The notes: generated from the sequence alone by a model not told the origin. DNA of 64,000 nucleotides from an uncultured Methanomicrobiaceae archaeon (GCA_963826525.1 CAWGXH010000004.1:832001-896000), one strand, 5' to 3'; shown: positions 50,639 through 62,067, numbered from the stretch's first letter. Numbers and translations: made by a program.

Positions 50639-52582
50639 ATGGATCCAACCACAACACAAGATATTCCCGACATTGAGCTCACGAGCGATGAACTGGCTGA
50701 CATTGACGTCTTTGCCGGTCTCGAGCTGAGCGCATCGTCCGATATCGAAGTGCCCCCAAAGCTCATCGATCAAGTCATCGGTCAGGAGCATGCCACCGAG
50801 GTGATGAAGAAGGCTGCAACCCAGCGGCGGCATGTGATGATGATCGGCAGCCCGGGAACCGGAAAGTCCATGCTCGCTAAAGCGATGGCTGAACTCCTCC
50901 CGAAAGAGGAGATGCAGGACATCCTTGTCTATCCGAACCCTGAAGACTCAAATAACCCGATAATCCGAACTGTACCTTCCGGAAGAGGGAAACAGATCGT
51001 CAATGCGCACAAGATGGAGGCGCGAAAGAAGCTCCAGATGAGAAATACCCTCATCATGCTCCTCCTCATCGGTATCGTCGGCTACGCGCTCATAACCTAC
51101 CAGTGGCTGATGGGTATCATCGCAGCGGCATTCGTCTTCATGGCACTGCGCTACTCGACGCCGCGCGAGGATGCGATGGTGCCGAAACTGCTGATCAACC
51201 ACGATGCAAGCAGCATAGCCCCGTTCATCGATGCGACCGGGACCCACGCAGGAGCACTCCTCGGCGATGTCCGGCATGACCCGTTCCAGAGCGGTGGGCT
51301 TGAGACGCCGTCGCACGATCGCGTCGAGGCAGGGGCCATCCACCGGTCGCACGGCGGTGTCCTGTTCATCGATGAGATAAACACGCTGACACCTCACTCC
51401 CAGCAGAACCTGCTGACCGCGTTGCAGGAAGGCGCGTTCCCGATCACCGGTCAGAGCGAGCGCTCGAGCGGAGCGATGGTGCGGACCGAGCCGGTGCCGT
51501 GCCGGTTCGTGATGGTGGCGGCAGGCAATATCGATGCCGTCCAGGGAATGCACCCCGCACTCAGGTCACGTATCCGTGGATACGGATACGAGATCTACAT
51601 GAAGGAGTCGATGGAAGACACTCCCGAAAACCGCCGCAAGTTCATTCGGTTTATCGCGCAGGAGGTCAAGAACGACGGGAAGATACCGCACTTCGACCGG
51701 AGCGCCATCGTGGAAGTGATCCGCGAGGCACGCCGCCGGTCGAACCGGAAAGGCCACTTAACCCTCAAACTTCGTGATATGGGCGGCCTTATCCGGGTCG
51801 CAGGCGACCTTGCCCGCCAGGAAGGTGCCGAGTTCACCTCCTCAAAGCATGTGATCACCGCAAAGACGACTGCACGCTCTATCGAGGATCAGATCTCCGA
51901 CGAATACATCCGGAGAAGCCGCGACTACGATATCACGGTCGTCGAGGGCAACCAGGTCGGCCGGGTGAACGGTCTTGCGGTGATGGGCTCCGACAGTGGG
52001 TCGGTGCTCCCTATCATGGCGGAGGTCACTCCGAGCCAGGGCGCCAACGGCAGTGTCATCGCCACGGGTCTTCTGAAGGAGATCGCCCAGGAGTCGATCA
52101 AGAACGTCAGCGCGCTCATCAAGAAGTTCACCGGCAAGGACATCCGGAACATGGATATCCATATCCAGTTCATCGGCACCTACCAGGGTGTCGAGGGCGA
52201 CTCCGCCTCAATCAGTGTCGCCACCGCCGTCATAAGCGCCATCGAGAATATTCCCGTCCGCCAGGACGTCGCCATGACCGGGTCGCTCTCGGTTCGGGGC
52301 GATGTCCTCCCCATCGGCGGTGTCACCTATAAGATCGAGGCTGCTGCCAAGGCCGGGATCAAGAAGGTGATCATCCCGCGGTCGAACCTCGACGATGTCC
52401 TCATCGAGGAACGGTATCGCCAGATGGTGGAGATCGTTCCGGTAGCGCATATCGAAGAGGTCCTCCAGAACGCTCTCGTGCCCGAGAACCGCGAAGGTTT
52501 CCTCTCGAAACTGCGGAAGATGGCGGCGGTTCACCAGGCCCCGGTGATCTTCGACCCGAATGTCGGCCACACGCTGGTATGA
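50639..52582 (+). CDS. lonB: ATP-dependent protease LonB (membrane-anchored)
   Basis: [16 protein letters not shown] hairpin, LFIDEI, EGDSAS catalytic Ser, [10 protein letters not shown]. Confidence 0.96.
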   Translation: MDPTTTQDIPDIELTSDELADIDVFAGLELSASSDIEVPPKLIDQVIGQEHATEVMKKAATQRRHVMMIGSPGTGKSMLAKAMAELLPKEEMQDILVYPNPEDSNNPIIRTVPSGRGKQIVNAHKMEARKKLQMRNTLIMLLLIGIVGYALITYQWLMGIIAAAFVFMALRYSTPREDAMVPKLLINHDASSIAPFIDATGTHAGALLGDVRHDPFQSGGLETPSHDRVEAGAIHRSHGGVLFIDEINTLTPHSQQNLLTALQEGAFPITGQSERSSGAMVRTEPVPCRFVMVAAGNIDAVQGMHPALRSRIRGYGYEIYMKESMEDTPENRRKFIRFIAQEVKNDGKIPHFDRSAIVEVIREARRRSNRKGHLTLKLRDMGGLIRVAGDLARQEGAEFTSSKHVITAKTTARSIEDQISDEYIRRSRDYDITVVEGNQVGRVNGLAVMGSDSGSVLPIMAEVTPSQGANGSVIATGLLKEIAQESIKNVSALIKKFTGKDIRNMDIHIQFIGTYQGVEGDSASISVATAVISAIENIPVRQDVAMTGSLSVRGDVLPIGGVTYKIEAAAKAGIKKVIIPRSNLDDVLIEERYRQMVEIVPVAHIEEVLQNALVPENREGFLSKLRKMAAVHQAPVIFDPNVGHTLV

Positions 52583-52588
52583 TGCCGT

Positions 52589-53914
52589 ATGGAACCACGC
52601 TACTATGATATCAGGTGCGTGCGCGGGGAGATCACCTCGGTCGAGATCGACAATGGCGTGATCGAGTCCGCAGGCACATCCTTTTTTGACAACGCCGTTG
52701 TGCGGGTGCTCGGGCCTGCCGGGTGGGGTGTTCTTACGCTCGACCACGCCGACCTCGACTCGCGCCGTGCCCGGAATGACGTCATCTCATCGGCGATGCG
52801 TCTTGCCGGGATCACGGAGGACAGGGTCGATCTTGCCCCCGCTCCTCACGGCGTTCTCGCATCCCCGCCGCTCCGCGAAGATCCCCGGAGTGTGGATCTC
52901 GAGGAGAAGACCCGTCTCCTCGCGGATATCGAATCGGCCGCACGCCTCCCTGAGGTGGTGAATACCCGCGCCCGGTACACGGAAGGAGTCGATCAGGTCA
53001 GATTCCTGGATTCAAGCGGCAACGAGGCGTCGTACGAGATCGTCAGGAGCGGCTTCTCCGTCATCGCGGTGGCCTCGCGTAACGGTATGATGCAGATGGG
53101 CAGCGAACGTGATCACATCACCACCGGGTTCAACCTCCGGGATAAACAGAGTCTCGGGCGGAAGGCCGCCGAGACGGCCGTCGCACTCCTCGACGCGGGT
53201 CTTGCGAAGGGTGGGGCGGTGAACGCCGTCCTCGACCCGGAGCTCGCCGGCGTCTTCACGCACGAGGCGGTCGGCCATGCGAGCGAGGGTGACCTGATCC
53301 GGGAAGGAAACTCCGTCCTTAAAGGAAAGATCGGGGAGACCATCGGGTGTCCCGGGCTCGTCATCGTCGACGACCCCTCCCTCCCCGAGTTCGGGTTCGA
53401 CCCGGTCGACGCCGAGGGCGTGGCGCCCGGCAGAACCGAGATCATCAGGGACGGCGTCCTTACCGCGTACCTCCACAACCGGGAGACGCTCGCCGCCGTC
53501 GGTGACGGTATCGCCGGACACGCCCGGGCGGAACACGGTGCTCCCCCCCAGGTCAGGATGAGCAACACCTTCATCGAGAACGGGGATGCGACCCGGGACG
53601 AGATCCTTGCCGAATGCAGAGATGGTATTCTGCTGATCGGCTCCCGCGGCGGTCAGGTCGATCCGGGCCGCGGGGTCTTCCAGTTCAACGCCGAGTTCGG
53701 CTACCTCATCGAGAACGGCGAAACGACCCGGATGGTCAGGGACGTCTCGCTCTCCGGCGAGATCCTCAAAACACTTCACGATATCGCCCTTATCGGGAAC
53801 GACCGGAAGATGCACCCCGGGTACTGCGGGAAAGGCGGGCAGACCGTCCCGGTCAGCGACGGAGCGCCGCATCTCCTGCTTAAAAACGCCATGGTTGGAG
53901 GGCGCGGATCATGA
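52589..53914 (+). CDS. tldD: TldD metalloprotease
   Basis: HEAVGHASEGD, RMSNT, GYCGKGGQ. Confidence 0.93.
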   Translation: MEPRYYDIRCVRGEITSVEIDNGVIESAGTSFFDNAVVRVLGPAGWGVLTLDHADLDSRRARNDVISSAMRLAGITEDRVDLAPAPHGVLASPPLREDPRSVDLEEKTRLLADIESAARLPEVVNTRARYTEGVDQVRFLDSSGNEASYEIVRSGFSVIAVASRNGMMQMGSERDHITTGFNLRDKQSLGRKAAETAVALLDAGLAKGGAVNAVLDPELAGVFTHEAVGHASEGDLIREGNSVLKGKIGETIGCPGLVIVDDPSLPEFGFDPVDAEGVAPGRTEIIRDGVLTAYLHNRETLAAVGDGIAGHARAEHGAPPQVRMSNTFIENGDATRDEILAECRDGILLIGSRGGQVDPGRGVFQFNAEFGYLIENGETTRMVRDVSLSGEILKTLHDIALIGNDRKMHPGYCGKGGQTVPVSDGAPHLLLKNAMVGGRGS

Positions 53915-55203
53915 AGGCCGAGTTCCTGATAGACGATATCATCCGGGAGGGTGAGCGCCATGCCGATGAGGTGGAGGTCTTCTTCACCGAAGGGAGGAGC
54001 ATCTCCGCCGAGATCAAGCAGTCCATCATCGGGATTGCCGAAGAATCGAGGGGCTGGCGAATTGCCATCCGCACCATCAAAGACGGGCGGATCGGTGTAT
54101 CGAGCACGGGCGATCCTGCAAAGTGGAAGGAGTGTCTTACCGCAGCCCTCGCAAGCGGGCGGATCGCCACGGCGCAGGAGTGGTACGGTCTTCCGAAGCC
54201 CACCGATATGGTGAGCACCGCTCCGTCGTCCGATCCCGATCTCGTCGTCGAGGCGGAGCGGGCATCCGCACTCATCGCCGGGCTCCTCGAAGGAGCGGCA
54301 GAGTATCAGGTCGACGTGGCCGGCGGAGGTGCCGATCTCTCCCGCTCGTACCTCACGATCGCAAACAGCAACGGTGTCCGATACGGCATGGAGCGGACGT
54401 ATGCCGGCGTCTCGCTTGAGGCGATACGGGAGCAGTCCACAGGATACGAATTTATGGCCTCTCCGTTCGCCGCCGATATCGATCCCCGGTGGGTCGGCAA
54501 GCAGGCGGCATTCCTCGCATCGCACTCGGTCGGCGGGAAGGATATCGCCACCGGACACTACGATCTCATACTCTCGCCGGTCGCCGCCGCCCAGCTCATC
54601 GGGACGATCCTTATCCCCGCGCTATCGGGGCGGAATGTGCAGGCGGGCCGATCGCACCTCGCAGGGAAGATCGGTGAGCAGTGCACGGACGAGATGCTCT
54701 CGATCTACGACGACCCGTTTGCACGGGGCATGGGGAGCACCTGCTGGGACGCTGAAGCAGTCCCTGCCCGGCGGCTCGACTACATCCGGGACGGCGTCCT
54801 CCAGTGCTTCGCCTACGACTTAAAGACGGCCTACCGCTACGGCGAGGAATCCACGGGAAGTGCCGTTCGTTCCGGTGGCGAAGGCTCGCCCTCGATCGGT
54901 GTCCACAACCTGGTAGTGGACGGCCCCCGGACGACACTCGACGACACGCGGGCGATATTCATCAACTCGGTTGTCGGTGCTCATACGGCAAATCCGTTCT
55001 CCGGGGACTTCTCTCTTGAGATCTCGAACGCATACTGGGTAGAGGATGGAGAACCCGGCGATCCTATCCGGACAGCGATGTTTGCGGGGAACGTCTTTGA
55101 GATGCTGAACGGTATCGGCGGACTCGGGAATGACTCCCGAATTGTCGGACGGCTTATTATCCCATCCATACGGTTAAATAACCAGCAGATCATTGGTAAA
55201 TAG
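53911..55203 (+). CDS. pmbA: TldE/PmbA partner subunit
   Basis: WDAEAVP, GAHTANPFSGDFS; lacks HExxxH. Confidence 0.9.
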   Translation: MKAEFLIDDIIREGERHADEVEVFFTEGRSISAEIKQSIIGIAEESRGWRIAIRTIKDGRIGVSSTGDPAKWKECLTAALASGRIATAQEWYGLPKPTDMVSTAPSSDPDLVVEAERASALIAGLLEGAAEYQVDVAGGGADLSRSYLTIANSNGVRYGMERTYAGVSLEAIREQSTGYEFMASPFAADIDPRWVGKQAAFLASHSVGGKDIATGHYDLILSPVAAAQLIGTILIPALSGRNVQAGRSHLAGKIGEQCTDEMLSIYDDPFARGMGSTCWDAEAVPARRLDYIRDGVLQCFAYDLKTAYRYGEESTGSAVRSGGEGSPSIGVHNLVVDGPRTTLDDTRAIFINSVVGAHTANPFSGDFSLEISNAYWVEDGEPGDPIRTAMFAGNVFEMLNGIGGLGNDSRIVGRLIIPSIRLNNQQIIGK

Positions 55204-55469
55204 TGATGATAGAAGCGATCATCACTATTATTCTCGCCGTAGCCATTGCGGCGGCGATCTACTTTCTGCTGAAAAAGGCCATGACCCTCGTGATAAACGC
55301 GGTTGCCGGGATTATCACGCTCTATCTGCTGAACGCCTTCCACGTGCTGAGCTGGTTTGGCGCACCTGATATCGAGATCAACCTCGTTACGGTGTTGGTC
55401 TGCGCATTCGGAGGGATCGCCGGGGCGTTACTCCTCGTCCTGCTCGATCTGGTCGGGATCACTGTATAA
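55203..55469 (+). CDS. BofA-family small membrane protein
   Basis: LVINAVAGIITLYLLN...IEINLVTVLVCAFGGIAG pattern. Confidence 0.75.
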   Translation: MMIEAIITIILAVAIAAAIYFLLKKAMTLVINAVAGIITLYLLNAFHVLSWFGAPDIEINLVTVLVCAFGGIAGALLLVLLDLVGITV

Positions 55470-55643
55470 TCCCTCTTTTTCTCCGGCTTCCCTTCTCTCC
55501 GCGAAAAAACTCCTTCTGAACGGCAGAGAGGTGGTCACGAAGGGGGTTTCGACCCGCTATAAACCCGAAAAAACAATCGGAGGAGTGCCCTGCCGGCTCT
55601 TTAAGGGAAGTATCGGAAAAAGCGTGATGCTGCTGCATCATCC

Positions 55644-56148
55644 CTATTTGGCATGCATCAGACGAAGAGACGAAGTGCAGCGGCGAGCAGGACGACCGAT
55701 ACCGGGATCACCAGTGTCGTCTAGTTCATTGCGTGGGAACCTTCGAAGAGGACGAACTCAAGGACGTTCACGAACAGGATAACGATGATCAACTGGGCAA
55801 GCGACGTCTTGAGGTGGCTGATGCTGTCCACGCGGAGCCAGCGGGGAACTTGGTTCATCTCGTCCCCGTCGATATGCCTGACACAGAGGTTGAGGACACC
55901 GAAACAGAAGATCAGGAGGACCAGTGCGAAGAGAAATGCGTCCATGGAGTCGACGATCATGAACATCACAGCCGCATCGTGTGTTATGGTCACTCCTTCC
56001 TTGACGGTTACCTCGTGACCCTGCAGGTAATAGGAGAACCCGATGAGTCGCTCCACCCGATGATGAACCTGAGCACCGCGGCAAAGAACGAGGCCACGAC
56101 GGCGATGATGCTAACATATCGGAACAGGTAGAACTGTTCGGTTTGCAT
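55644..56148 (-). pseudogene. YqhA/UPF0114-like membrane protein, disrupted
   Basis: IVDSMDAFLFALVLLIF, PRWLRVDSISHLKTSLAQLI; frameshift near 56056; in-frame TAG at 55721; 8-nt duplication near 3' end. Confidence 0.7.
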
Positions 56149-56211
56149 GGAAGAGCTCCGCCTTCTTTAGGATATGGTCGTTATGATGCGATTTTGCGGG
56201 CAGAGAGTCGA

Positions 56212-56907
56212 TTAAAAGACATTTGCCTCGGAATAGACCATTACCTGGTCAGCCAGGATCTCGAACGGCTTGATCTCGCGTGAGTGCGCCGACCGGCGCA
56301 TCTTCACTACCTCGAGCGCCAGGTGCACCTCCGCGATGTTCGTGGGGCGGACGTAGCGGAGGAGGATCACCGTATCGGAGAGATACTCGACGAGCCCGTA
56401 CTTGCTGGTGAACTGGTTGTTCTTATCGGTCTCGCTCGTGAGGAGGAAGGTGCATGTCTCGTCCCGCATCGTCTCGATGAACTTGAACATCTCCTTTCGC
56501 CTGACGGACTCGTCTTCAAAGAGCCCCTCAAAGAGAGATATCGGGTCGATGACGACACGTGCCGCCCCGACGCTTTTGATGAGAGAGGGCAGTTCGCTCT
56601 TGATGCTGCTGATGGCGATGTTGAAATCGGTCGGATCGAGCCGGATGAGGAAGAACGAATCCTGGAAAGTATCCATGTCCCATCCCTTCTGCGCCATCGT
56701 TGCGCGGAGGAAGTCTTCCCGCTCCTCAAGGCTGATGTAGATGACCTTCTCGCCTCTCGTAAGCCCTTCGTAGACGAACTGGAGGGCGACCGTCGTCTTC
56801 CCGGTACCGTAGGTGCCGACGACGGCACAGATGCTGTGCTCGAGGAGGCCACCCGAGAGCATGGCATCCAGGCCTTCGATCCCGAGATTTACCCGCTGCT
56901 GTTTCAC
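56212..56907 (-). CDS. KaiC-domain ATPase
   Basis: GIEGLDAMLSGG, GTYGTGKTT, YISLEE, VVIDP, EVVKMRRSAHS. Confidence 0.9.
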   Translation of the reverse strand: MKQQRVNLGIEGLDAMLSGGLLEHSICAVVGTYGTGKTTVALQFVYEGLTRGEKVIYISLEEREDFLRATMAQKGWDMDTFQDSFFLIRLDPTDFNIAISSIKSELPSLIKSVGAARVVIDPISLFEGLFEDESVRRKEMFKFIETMRDETCTFLLTSETDKNNQFTSKYGLVEYLSDTVILLRYVRPTNIAEVHLALEVVKMRRSAHSREIKPFEILADQVMVYSEANVF

Positions 56908-57743
56908 ACGACCACCCGTATGTTCCTGACTTCAAAGCCGTTCGCTGCCGAGATCTTCACGGCGAACTTCACCAGATCCCGCTCCTCGAGGTACGGCATG
57001 ACCCCCTGGAACTTCTCGAAATACATGATCCGCTGCCTCCGCTGTGCGCCGACATCCTCCCACCGAAACAGTATCAGCGCATCGGTGCAGTCTGCTATCT
57101 CGATCTCCTTTGACTCCTCCAGGATTCCGGCGGTGAGCAGGAGGTATATCGTTGAGTTCCAGCGTTTTGCAACCCTCTGGAGCCCTCTGAGGAACGCAAT
57201 CAAGGTATGCCAGTCCGCGTCGTTCGTATACGTGGTGGCGATATCGGTCAGCGAATCGAGGATGATGAGGCTGTTCTGCTTCTTCGAGGAGAGTATATGG
57301 GAGAGATCGGCTAGGATATCTCCGTTCTCTTTCCGCTGCTTCTTCTGAAGGCGGGAGAAGATATCCCCGTCCCCGTACCATCCCGGCGGCACGATACTGG
57401 CGTCGAAGTAGAGCTCGGAGAGATCCTCGAAGACGACCTCCTGCTGTAGCAGGTTGTAGTTCCCGGGGTTGAAGGAGAGCGTGATCTCCTTGAGCACGTC
57501 CTCCCGCATCTTGGTGAACGTGATGTACGCAATCTCGGTAGGGAGCAGCGCATGCTGGTTCTGCCCTCCGCCGTTTGCCTTCAGGAGGGAGAGGGATACA
57601 ATCGAACTGTGTGCAAACTCGGTGTTCCCTGCACCGATCTCACCGAGAAGGAGCACCACCGAGCCCGGGGGGATCCCCCCGTCCAGGACTGGGTCGAGCG
57701 ACGATAGGCCGGTGGGCATGCGTACACGGAGATGATCCTGCAT
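56904..57743 (-). CDS. KaiC/RAD55-like ATPase with degenerate Walker A
   Basis: PTGLSSLDPVLDGG, GEIGAGNTE (K to N), IILDSL. Confidence 0.85.
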   Translation of the reverse strand: MQDHLRVRMPTGLSSLDPVLDGGIPPGSVVLLLGEIGAGNTEFAHSSIVSLSLLKANGGGQNQHALLPTEIAYITFTKMREDVLKEITLSFNPGNYNLLQQEVVFEDLSELYFDASIVPPGWYGDGDIFSRLQKKQRKENGDILADLSHILSSKKQNSLIILDSLTDIATTYTNDADWHTLIAFLRGLQRVAKRWNSTIYLLLTAGILEESKEIEIADCTDALILFRWEDVGAQRRQRIMYFEKFQGVMPYLEERDLVKFAVKISAANGFEVRNIRVVV

Positions 57744-57947
57744 AACTCATCTAGTATATGGAGATGGTGCTATAAAATATTCTGATTCTTTCCGTAACTC
57801 CGAAAAGTATGGGAAAATTCACGCCTCTGGTATAAAAGAATGGATATTATTATAGAGGCGATCCCACAAACAGATACCATACGTAAAAGGTCCGGTGCCG
57901 TGCAGGATCGCAGGTCATCCATCCGCCTCACCACAGGAAGAGATCTC

Positions 57948-59905
57948 ATGCCTCCTGTGCGAAGATTCTGTTCGCCCGGCTCCTGAAGACCAAGCGGAGA
58001 AAAGATGTCCATGCTGCGAGACGACGAAACCAGACGTGTCCCGGAAGAAGCCCTGGAGCAGGTCTCTCCGCTTCAGGGCGACAGTACGGGTGAAGACGCC
58101 CCTTGATGCCGGCGGGGAAACGGCTCCGGTGCCGCCCGCACAACCGCGGGCTCCGTCCAGTAATCGCCAGGAACTTGGCGATCTGGATCTGCCCGATACC
58201 GAGATTACAATGCCGGCAGAACTCCTCCGATACCTCGAGCCCTCGGATACGGCTGTCTCCCGGAGGGGTCCTGCAGCGCTTCTGAGTGAAGCCGTTCGGA
58301 AGATCCTTCCGTCAGGGCGGCCGTCTATACCCGCTGTACCGGCTCTCCGCAGAACCGCGGGATTTGTCGAGGAGTACAATCTGACGAAGCACGGATACCT
58401 GGTTCATGCAGAGGTGCCTCACGACTATGAGGAGAAAGAGCGCTACTGGATCCTGGAGGGATGCTCGGAGGTCTGCATCGCGCGCAACAGACAGACGAAC
58501 CAGGATGAATATCTCCTCTTCGAGCCGGTGCTCTCCCGCTTCGAGTACCGATCTTCTCGAGCGGCTCTATGAAGATCTGCGGGATGTCCTGATCCTCTCT
58601 GAGGAGGAGATGGCCACCGACCGGCGTCGGGTGCTCTTTGAGAAGGTGCAGACGCTCTTGAAAGAGTACGGCCTTACGCTTGAAGAGTCGTCGCTCTTCA
58701 AACTGCAGTATTATATCCTCCGAAACTTCCTCGGGTGGTCGCGGATCGACGCGCTGATGAAAGACCGCCAGATCGAGGATATCTCCTGCGACGGCATCGG
58801 TATTCCGATCTTCCTGTACCACCGGCGGTACCGCAATATCAAGACGAATATCACCTTTGAAGAGTCGGCATTAAACTCGCTCGCCATCACCCTCGCCCAG
58901 CGGTCGGGCAAACATATCTCCATTGGAAACCCGATGCTGGACGCGACGCTTCCCGACGGCTCCAGGCTGCAGCTGACGCTCGGGACGGAGGTCACCACCC
59001 GCGGGACCTCATTCACCATCCGGAAGTTCCGTGAGGTGCCGTTCACCCCCATCGAGCTGATCGAGTCGAATACCTTCGACGTCGACGCGCTGGTCTACTT
59101 CTGGATGGCCATCGAGAACAACCGAAGCCTGCTCTTCATCGGGGGAACCGCATCCGGAAAGACGACGTCGCTCAACGCAGTCTCGCTCTTTATCCCGCCG
59201 CTCGCGAAGGTAGTCTCGATCGAGGATACCCGTGAGATCACCCTCTTCCACGAGAACTGGATAGCGAGCGTCACCCGCGAGTCGGTGAGCGAAGGGCTCG
59301 GCGCGACGATCAGCATGTTCGACCTCTTAAAAGCGGCTATGCGTCAGCGGCCGGAGTATATCCTCGTCGGTGAGGTTCGTGGCCAGGAGGCGCAGACGCT
59401 CTTCCAGGCGATGAACACCGGCCACACCACCTTCTCCACGATGCACGCGGGCGTTGTGGATGCGGCGATTCACCGGCTCGAGAGCGCTCCGCTGAATGTT
59501 CCGCGGAACATGATTCAGGCGCTCGACATCGTCAGCGTCCAGGCACTCATCTACCAGGGGAGAGAGCGAGTCAGGCGCTGCCAGGAGATCGTCGAACTCG
59601 CCGGGATCGATCCGATCACCGGGAACCTTCAGGTAAACAACGTCTTTGAGTATGACCCCGTCTCCGATACCTTCTCCTTTACGGGAAGGTCGCGGATTTA
59701 CAACGAGATCATGGAGTTTCGCGGGTGGACGAAAGAGCAGCTCGATGGCGAGATCGCCGTGCGGCGGCAGATCCTTGAGGCGATGCGGGTTCAGGGGATC
59801 ACCGATTACATATCCGTCTCCCGGATCATCCAGGCATACTCCATCGACAGAAAGACAGTGCTTGAGCGTATCGACGACCTCTCCAGCGTCGGCAGGATGG
59901 GATGA
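57948..59905 (+). CDS. type II/IV secretion (PilB/ArlI-like) ATPase; start uncertain, frameshift near 58550
   Basis: IEDISCDG, FTIRKF, GGTASGKTT, SIEDTRE, MRQRPEYILVGEVRG, MNTGH..STMHA. Confidence 0.9.
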
Positions 59906-61846
59906 ATGAGGTTCCAGCCAGTATCCAGGCTCCGGCAGGGCATTCACTGGTGGGTGACGCGCGACTCGATCAGGTACCGGGGTCTTCGTGCGGATATGAT
60001 CGCGGCCAACATCGGCATGACTGTCGATCACTATATTCTCCGGGCGATCGCGATCGGCATGCTCGTGGGTGTAATCTGGGCGGCCATCGGCTACCTCGCG
60101 GCAAACCTCTTCCTCACTCCGCTTCTCTCGATCCGGGTATATAACGTCTTCAATATCGCGCTTCCGTCGCTCATCCCTGCCGAAATCTCGTTCGGGCTCC
60201 TCAGGGTAGTCGCAACGACAGTTATCTTCCTCGTCGGCTTTTACCTGGTGTATGCTTTTCTCATGCGCTACCCCTCGTTCCAGAAGGGCAGCCGGGCGAC
60301 CAAGATCAACATCCTCCTCCACAACGCCGTCTGGTACATGTATGCCATGCGGCGGGGCGGCGCCCACATGATGGTCATATTCCGCTCGGTAGCGGAGAAC
60401 TCGTCGATCTACGGTGAAGTATCCCATGAATTCCGGAGGATCGTCCGGGATGCCGATTACTTCGGCTATGACATGATCACCGCCATCAAGCATCTCCAGG
60501 AGACCACGCCTTCCGATAAGATGCGGGACTTTCTCCAGGATCTCACCTCGGTGATCGACAGTGGTGGAGACGTCCTTGAGTTCCTCGGAGCCCGGGTCAG
60601 GATATATCAGGAGGAGGCGAGGTTCGAGCAGAAGACTTTCCTCAGTACACTGGCGCTCGCCGCCGAGTCGTACGTGACCCTCTTTGTGGCAGGCCCGCTC
60701 TTCATCATCATCATCATGGTCGTCATGGGGTTCATGGGCACCGCTCCGATCATGGAGCTCTCGGTCGTCACCTACCTGCTCATCCCGCTCGGTTCGCTCG
60801 TCTTCATCCTCTTCATCGATATGATCTCGATCAAGGGAGAGAGTGTCGAGCGGTACATCGGAACGAAGTGGCTGCATGAGTTCTCCGATGTCAGAACCGA
60901 GCAGCGTGAGGGGGAAGAACCGCTCATTGCGCAGCTCGAGCGCTACGACCGGCTGCGAAAGGTGCGGGGATTTCTGCGCCACCCCTTCGAGACGTTCCTC
61001 ATCGAACCGAACCGGACGTTCTACATCACCGTTCCGATAGCCCTCTTCTATATTGTATATACCCTCCTCTCAACACCGCAGTATGCCGATATCGAGATCG
61101 TTATCGATATCATCGACGACCATATTGCCTTTTCCTTTCTGATTGTCCTCCTTCCTTTCGGTATCTTCTACCAACTCTGGCGAAACAAGGTCATGGGCAT
61201 CGAAGCGGGGATCCCCGACTTTCTCGATCGCCTCTCCGGGATCAACCAGGTTGGGCTGACCCTGGCGCAGGCGATCTCGATCCTCGTGAAAGCAAACCTC
61301 GGCGTACTCACCTACGAGGTCAAGCGGATCAAGCGGGATATCGAATGGGGCGCCAACATCAACGAGGCGCTCATCCGCTTCGAAGAGCGGATCCGCACCC
61401 CGGCCATCGCCCGCACCGTCACGCTGATCACGAAGGCCAGCCAGATGACCGGCGATATCGGTGAGGTCCTCAATATTGCAGCCCGTGACGCAGAGATGTC
61501 GGAAGTCTTGAAGAGAGAGCGCTTTGCGGAGATGTTCATCTATACCGTGATCGTCTACCTCGTCTTTTTCGTCTTTCTCTTCGTCGTGGTCGTCATCGAC
61601 AGCCAGTTCCTCTCGGTGCTGGCGGAGATCGACACCCAGGGTCTCAAGGGTGTCGGCGGGGCTATTCAGATGGGGAATGCACCGATCATGACGTTCGAAC
61701 GTCTCCTCTACCATACCTGCCTGCTCCAGGCACTCTTCTCGGGACTGATTGCAGGGGAGATGGGCGAGGCGTCCATTCGGGCGGGCATCAAGCATGCAGC
61801 GGTCATGGTCGTCATTACGATCGTCGTTTTCACGATCTTTCTCTGA
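59906..61846 (+). CDS. type II secretion F / TadC-ArlJ-like membrane platform, two T2SSF domains
   Basis: IYGEVSHEF...TPSDKMRDFL and PDFLDRL...IEWG...ASQMTGD; FSGLIAGEMG. Confidence 0.88.
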   Translation: MRFQPVSRLRQGIHWWVTRDSIRYRGLRADMIAANIGMTVDHYILRAIAIGMLVGVIWAAIGYLAANLFLTPLLSIRVYNVFNIALPSLIPAEISFGLLRVVATTVIFLVGFYLVYAFLMRYPSFQKGSRATKINILLHNAVWYMYAMRRGGAHMMVIFRSVAENSSIYGEVSHEFRRIVRDADYFGYDMITAIKHLQETTPSDKMRDFLQDLTSVIDSGGDVLEFLGARVRIYQEEARFEQKTFLSTLALAAESYVTLFVAGPLFIIIIMVVMGFMGTAPIMELSVVTYLLIPLGSLVFILFIDMISIKGESVERYIGTKWLHEFSDVRTEQREGEEPLIAQLERYDRLRKVRGFLRHPFETFLIEPNRTFYITVPIALFYIVYTLLSTPQYADIEIVIDIIDDHIAFSFLIVLLPFGIFYQLWRNKVMGIEAGIPDFLDRLSGINQVGLTLAQAISILVKANLGVLTYEVKRIKRDIEWGANINEALIRFEERIRTPAIARTVTLITKASQMTGDIGEVLNIAARDAEMSEVLKRERFAEMFIYTVIVYLVFFVFLFVVVVIDSQFLSVLAEIDTQGLKGVGGAIQMGNAPIMTFERLLYHTCLLQALFSGLIAGEMGEASIRAGIKHAAVMVVITIVVFTIFL

Positions 61847-61911
61847 GCGGAAACCGGCGCCTCGACAGGGTTTTATATCCCCCTGTTCAATCATGGTACC
61901 GGTGATCTGTG

Positions 61912-62067
61912 ATGTGTAGTACCGGCGGCGGACCTGATGTTGAATGGAATGACCGGCTGAAGGGGAGCAGAAAGTATCGGTGCAGGGACTGCGAGCAGTC
62001 GTTTGAAAGCCCGAGTAAGCGGCCGATGTGCCCGAGCTGCCAGTCCGAGGATGTGGAAGCGGTCTAG
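61912..62067 (+). CDS. small zinc-ribbon protein (51 aa)
   Basis: MCSTGGGPDVEWNDRLKGSRKYRCRDCEQSFESPSKRPMCPSCQSEDVEAV; GGTGA RBS and TTTTATAT box upstream. Confidence 0.75.
   Translation: MCSTGGGPDVEWNDRLKGSRKYRCRDCEQSFESPSKRPMCPSCQSEDVEAV

Noticed and set aside
55721-55723. In-frame TAG codons (yqhA-like gene; also codon 5 of the DUF4097 gene near 22723) as pyrrolysine
   Set aside because: Both genes carry other lesions, TGG to TAG is a simple change, and no pyl genes are in the window.
7075-59905. Many frameshifts (tfrB, purM, SmAP, rpl37e, purF, SSS, MFS, modABC, thermosome, rtcA, prs, T4P ATPase) as programmed frameshifting, phase variation or mass pseudogenisation
   Set aside because: They are single-base indels, often at short homopolymers. 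They hit essential genes and share no slippery motif, so uncorrected long-read error is the best explanation. Polishing with short reads would confirm.
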